64,000 nt of DNA, taken from NCBI RefSeq assembly GCF_001194135.2, contig NC_069000.1, positions 44,881,916 through 44,945,915 of the forward strand, given 5' to 3'. The notes below the pieces were generated by a model. That model saw only the letters and a program-made list of their open reading frames with translations. It searched no databases and was not told where the DNA came from. Positions 22,130-64,000 of this stretch are shown here, piece after piece. The translations under genes and the position numbers were made by a program. Source of the stretch: Octopus bimaculoides (lineage: Eukaryota). Position 1 is the stretch's first letter; each line of letters starts with the position of its first letter.

Positions 22130-25070
22130 CAACATAAAATCTAAAAGTTTTGGCTGAGAATGGCAGCTAGCTAGAATTGAACTCACGATCATGGAAATAC
22201 GGAGACAAACCGGAAACGTTTATTATCTTGTAAGTTCAGAATGACCCGTCAAAGTCTCGTCGATTTAGGCTAATTTTTTTCTGACCTAATTGATTTTTAA
22301 TTGTCCCAGATGTGTTGATCGTACTTATTGATCGACTATCTGTCGGTAGCAAATAGATAATGTGTTCATTAAAAAGCTTAAGAAAAGGCGCCGAATTAAA
22401 CCATATGGTAAGCTGTTTTAATACAAAGACACGTGTTTGAGCCAGCATTTACACACATCGTAATTCCACTACAATACAAGAAGTAGCGGCGCGCGCGTGT
22501 GTGTGTGTGCATGCATGTGTACATGTATACACACACACTCACAAACACATGCGCACATGTTACTTGTGGTTTGTCGTTTACTTCAGTCATTTGATTGGCC
22601 ATACTGGGGCATACATTCATATACACACACAGAAACTCGCACGTGTATTTGTGTTGTGTGTGTGTATGTATGTACCTTTCGCTTCAGTCATTTGACCGCG
22701 GCCATACTGGGGCATACATTCACACACACACACAGGCCCACGTGTATTTGTGTCCACACACAAACACATATATATGAATATTCATACGCATATCCACGTG
22801 TATGGATGTGTGTGTGTGTGGGGGGTAACAGTTTGGTGCAATCAAGTTTTTTGTTTTTGCTTTCATTTCAGCAGTGGCTAAACCTCTCGGTTCCGTCTCT
22901 AGTAGCAGTTGATCATTTCGCTGCGTTGCTGCCACATATACAGACAGACAGGCAAGGTGCTTGTATTGGATGGCTGTTTTTCGACTGACTGCTGGCTGAG
23001 TGAGTGGTGGTGGTCGTCGTCGTTCACCAATAAGCTTGTGACTTATAAACAGAGAGTAATTGAATGTCTGAGAAAGAGAGACAGAGAGAGATGACTAGAT
23101 AGATAAAAATAGAGAGACAGCGAAAGAGAGGGAGAGAGAGCGAGATTGTTTAATAAAAGACTGTGAAACGGTTGTGATCAGAGCGACCACCTGGCAAGCA
23201 TCACAACTGCCGCCACAATTCGCAGACTGTCTCTTGTTTGGCTTTACAAACTAAAACCATCTTTAATTCTCAGCATCATCATCATCGTCGTCATCATTAA
23301 CAACAATAGCACCAATCACGCATATTGTCTGCAAGATCCCTCTCGCCACGACAACAACAATTTCGGATTTTTATTACTTGGATTGTGGTGGGCTTTTATT
23401 TTTCTGGTCAATCCTTCCGCAATAACTACCTCCCTTTTGATGCCACACATACAATATCTTCTAAAAGATCGACTTTTAATCCCCCAACCAAATATATGTA
23501 TACAGATAAACGCATACACACATATGTATATTCTCTAAAAGTGACTAAAAACGAAGAATACACACTCTTTCTATAAAGCTTCCCAGATTGAAATTCAACG
23601 TTCTTTTAAACCAATGTCTTCATATTAATCTTTAATGGATCTTTGAACACCTTATTCATTTCGATTCTTGCTATTCTCAATTTCCTCCTTTATTATTCTC
23701 CGGCAATACACTTAAAACTGTTAATTCTTGGAGTGAAAATATTTTTATATGGCCCTGACTGCTTATTTTCGCTTATCTCGCAATGTCTTTACTGGCTCCA
23801 TTCATTGAAGTGTAGTCGCATGTACGTTTATCTCAGCAGAATCTGTTTATCAACAATCTCCGTACTTCTACACCAGATCTACAGTTGCTATTTTACATTC
23901 TTCTGGTTTGTTTTAGTGCTACTGTTGTTTAATTATTTATCATCATTATTACTAATAACCCCCTATCTCGTTTTTATCCCCCATTACGTATTTACCCCAC
24001 CCCTTCATTCTATAGAATTTAACTCTATGATTCCTCTTCCTGAAGTGGTTGACTAAATGTATAATTAGTGTTACACACGCTACACGAGGTCTTTCTTCGC
24101 CAGTTAATGTTTTCCCTCTCTAATTCTCAAACACAGAACACATGCTGGGTCCGCCTATTTCTCGTTTCCTTACAGACTTCATTGAAACGATTTTAACCCC
24201 TATTTAATTAAACAACAGTTTGGTTGTAACTGTGATGGAATCAGAATTACTTTTACGAAGACTTGTTGCAATGGATCTCTTATAAATTTACAAATTCTTT
24301 TTTAAAAAACCAAACTCGCAAACTAAAACACTAAACCTGAAAATCCTTAGGCGTCGAGGACCTTACCGTTGGCTCTTCGTCACGCATTCCAAATGTGGGG
24401 CGAAAAGAACTCATTGTTGCTGTTAAATTCTTACCTTTAACGTTTTATATACCGTTAACTCTTCGTCATTATATTTTTCTAATTCTTTTCGTATCTGATT
24501 TTCGCCTGAATACATTGTTTAACGGTTGTTGTTTTAAAAGGTATTTTTAAAGATCATATTTGTCTTCCATCATTGCAAGATATTGTTGCAAATCGACATA
24601 ATAACTGTTCTGTGATAATTTTTATAAACTATAAATTCCTCGTTATTTAGTCAGCGAGTTGAATGGAACCAATTAAAGCCCCAAAACCGAACCCTATGAC
24701 AATTCGAAAACGAACGGATCTCAAAATTAGTTAACACGTTTCTTTTTTCCTACAGGTCTTTCTGGTGTGGGTAGTGTTCAATAAAAACCCACACGTTTAG
24801 ATGGTGTATAAAGATTTCAAATATATATATATATACATATACATCTGTATGTACCCCCATCCCTTAAATAACTTGCAAATGAGTCTTTAAGTTTCGTGCA
24901 AAAAAAAATTTTTTAAAGCCCTCAACAAGGAAAAAAATTCTTGTTTTCCCCGTTTCGCACATCTCACAGGTGCCTCTACAAATCTCTGTTTCTCTCTGTC
25001 CCTATCAGTACTTCACCATCAGGTACCCCTCATTTGGTTTTAGAGACTGACTGTCCGTGGTGGGAGCTAG
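22130..25070 (+). promoter_or_regulatory. Candidate distal promoter / 5'UTR-exon region of the long IMPDH isoform
   Basis: Repeat-poor, CpG-enriched sequence upstream of ATG 25071. Strong donors at 22230 (GTAAGT) and 22408 (GTAAGC); acceptors before 24756, 24970 and 25044. Exon use is not demonstrable from sequence alone. Confidence 0.4.
22583..22752. repeat. Two-copy tandem duplication of about 70-100 bp (SINE-A tail CAGTCATTTGA..GGCCATACTGGGGCATACATTC..CACGTGTATTTGTG)
   Basis: Near-identical blocks at about 22583 and 22686. Confidence 0.75.
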
Positions 25071-63563
<38,493 letters not shown>

Positions 63564-64000
63564 GTAAGTCTCTGTTATTCTTTTATTCAATAATTCCTGC
63601 CTAACCATTCTACAAAATCCAGAATTGTACTGATATACTGCAACTATTTACTTGACAACCTTTGTTTAACCCTTTAGTTTAGCATTTAAACTGTCAAAAT
63701 CTGGCCTCTCACACCTACCCTCCAATACCATTCTAAAAATATACAATTGCATCATCTAAATCTCACAACTTCAAGATAATGCATGATTAATTCAAGTATT
63801 AAATTTGACAGAGTAATCTAAATGCTAATGGATTAAATGTGATACCAGGGCGGAGATTTGAATCTTTGCTAAACTAAATTTTTCAAATTTAATATATTGG
63901 TACTGTTGATGGCTTTTGGTCTTTTGTATCCTAATCAAATTTTTGCTTATTGAAATAGATGGCTTCATTAGTAATTTTACTCATTTTCAAGTGATGCAAT

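Noticed and set aside
63564-64000. IMPDH final exons or a C-terminal 'retinal' extension exon (human exon 13b equivalent)
   Set aside because: No SMMYSGELKFE-like exon lies in the remaining 437 bp; it must be checked in the next window.

Overview
AT-rich, repeat-dense animal genomic DNA. The SINE, MITE and RTE repeat content suggests a coleoid cephalopod, probably Octopus (inference). There are four N gaps. Three intron-containing genes can be rebuilt by hand from GT-AG boundaries and reading phase. (1) TMEM209 on the minus strand: ATG 5357, seven exons found down to 270, continuing off the left edge, with one exon apparently missing. (2) LSM3 on the plus strand: complete, 4 exons, 102 aa, 7692-12687, head-to-head with TMEM209. 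(3) IMPDH on the plus strand: canonical ATG 46654, 13 exons to 63563, with the last exons beyond the right edge. The main finding is an upstream coding exon at 25071-25177, about 21.5 kb before the canonical IMPDH start. It splices in frame (AC|C-ATG) and encodes a 36-aa N-terminal extension. This aligns without gaps to the N-terminal extension of the vertebrate retinal IMPDH1 variants, with the same splice phase. The rest is tRNA-derived SINEs, RTE LINE fragments and 3' ends, an R4/RLE-type fragment, Tc1/mariner, hAT, piggyBac-like and Tigger-like MITEs (several nested), and long microsatellites. Comparisons with human proteins and exon sizes are from memory; no database searches were run. 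Most repeat boundaries are approximate.
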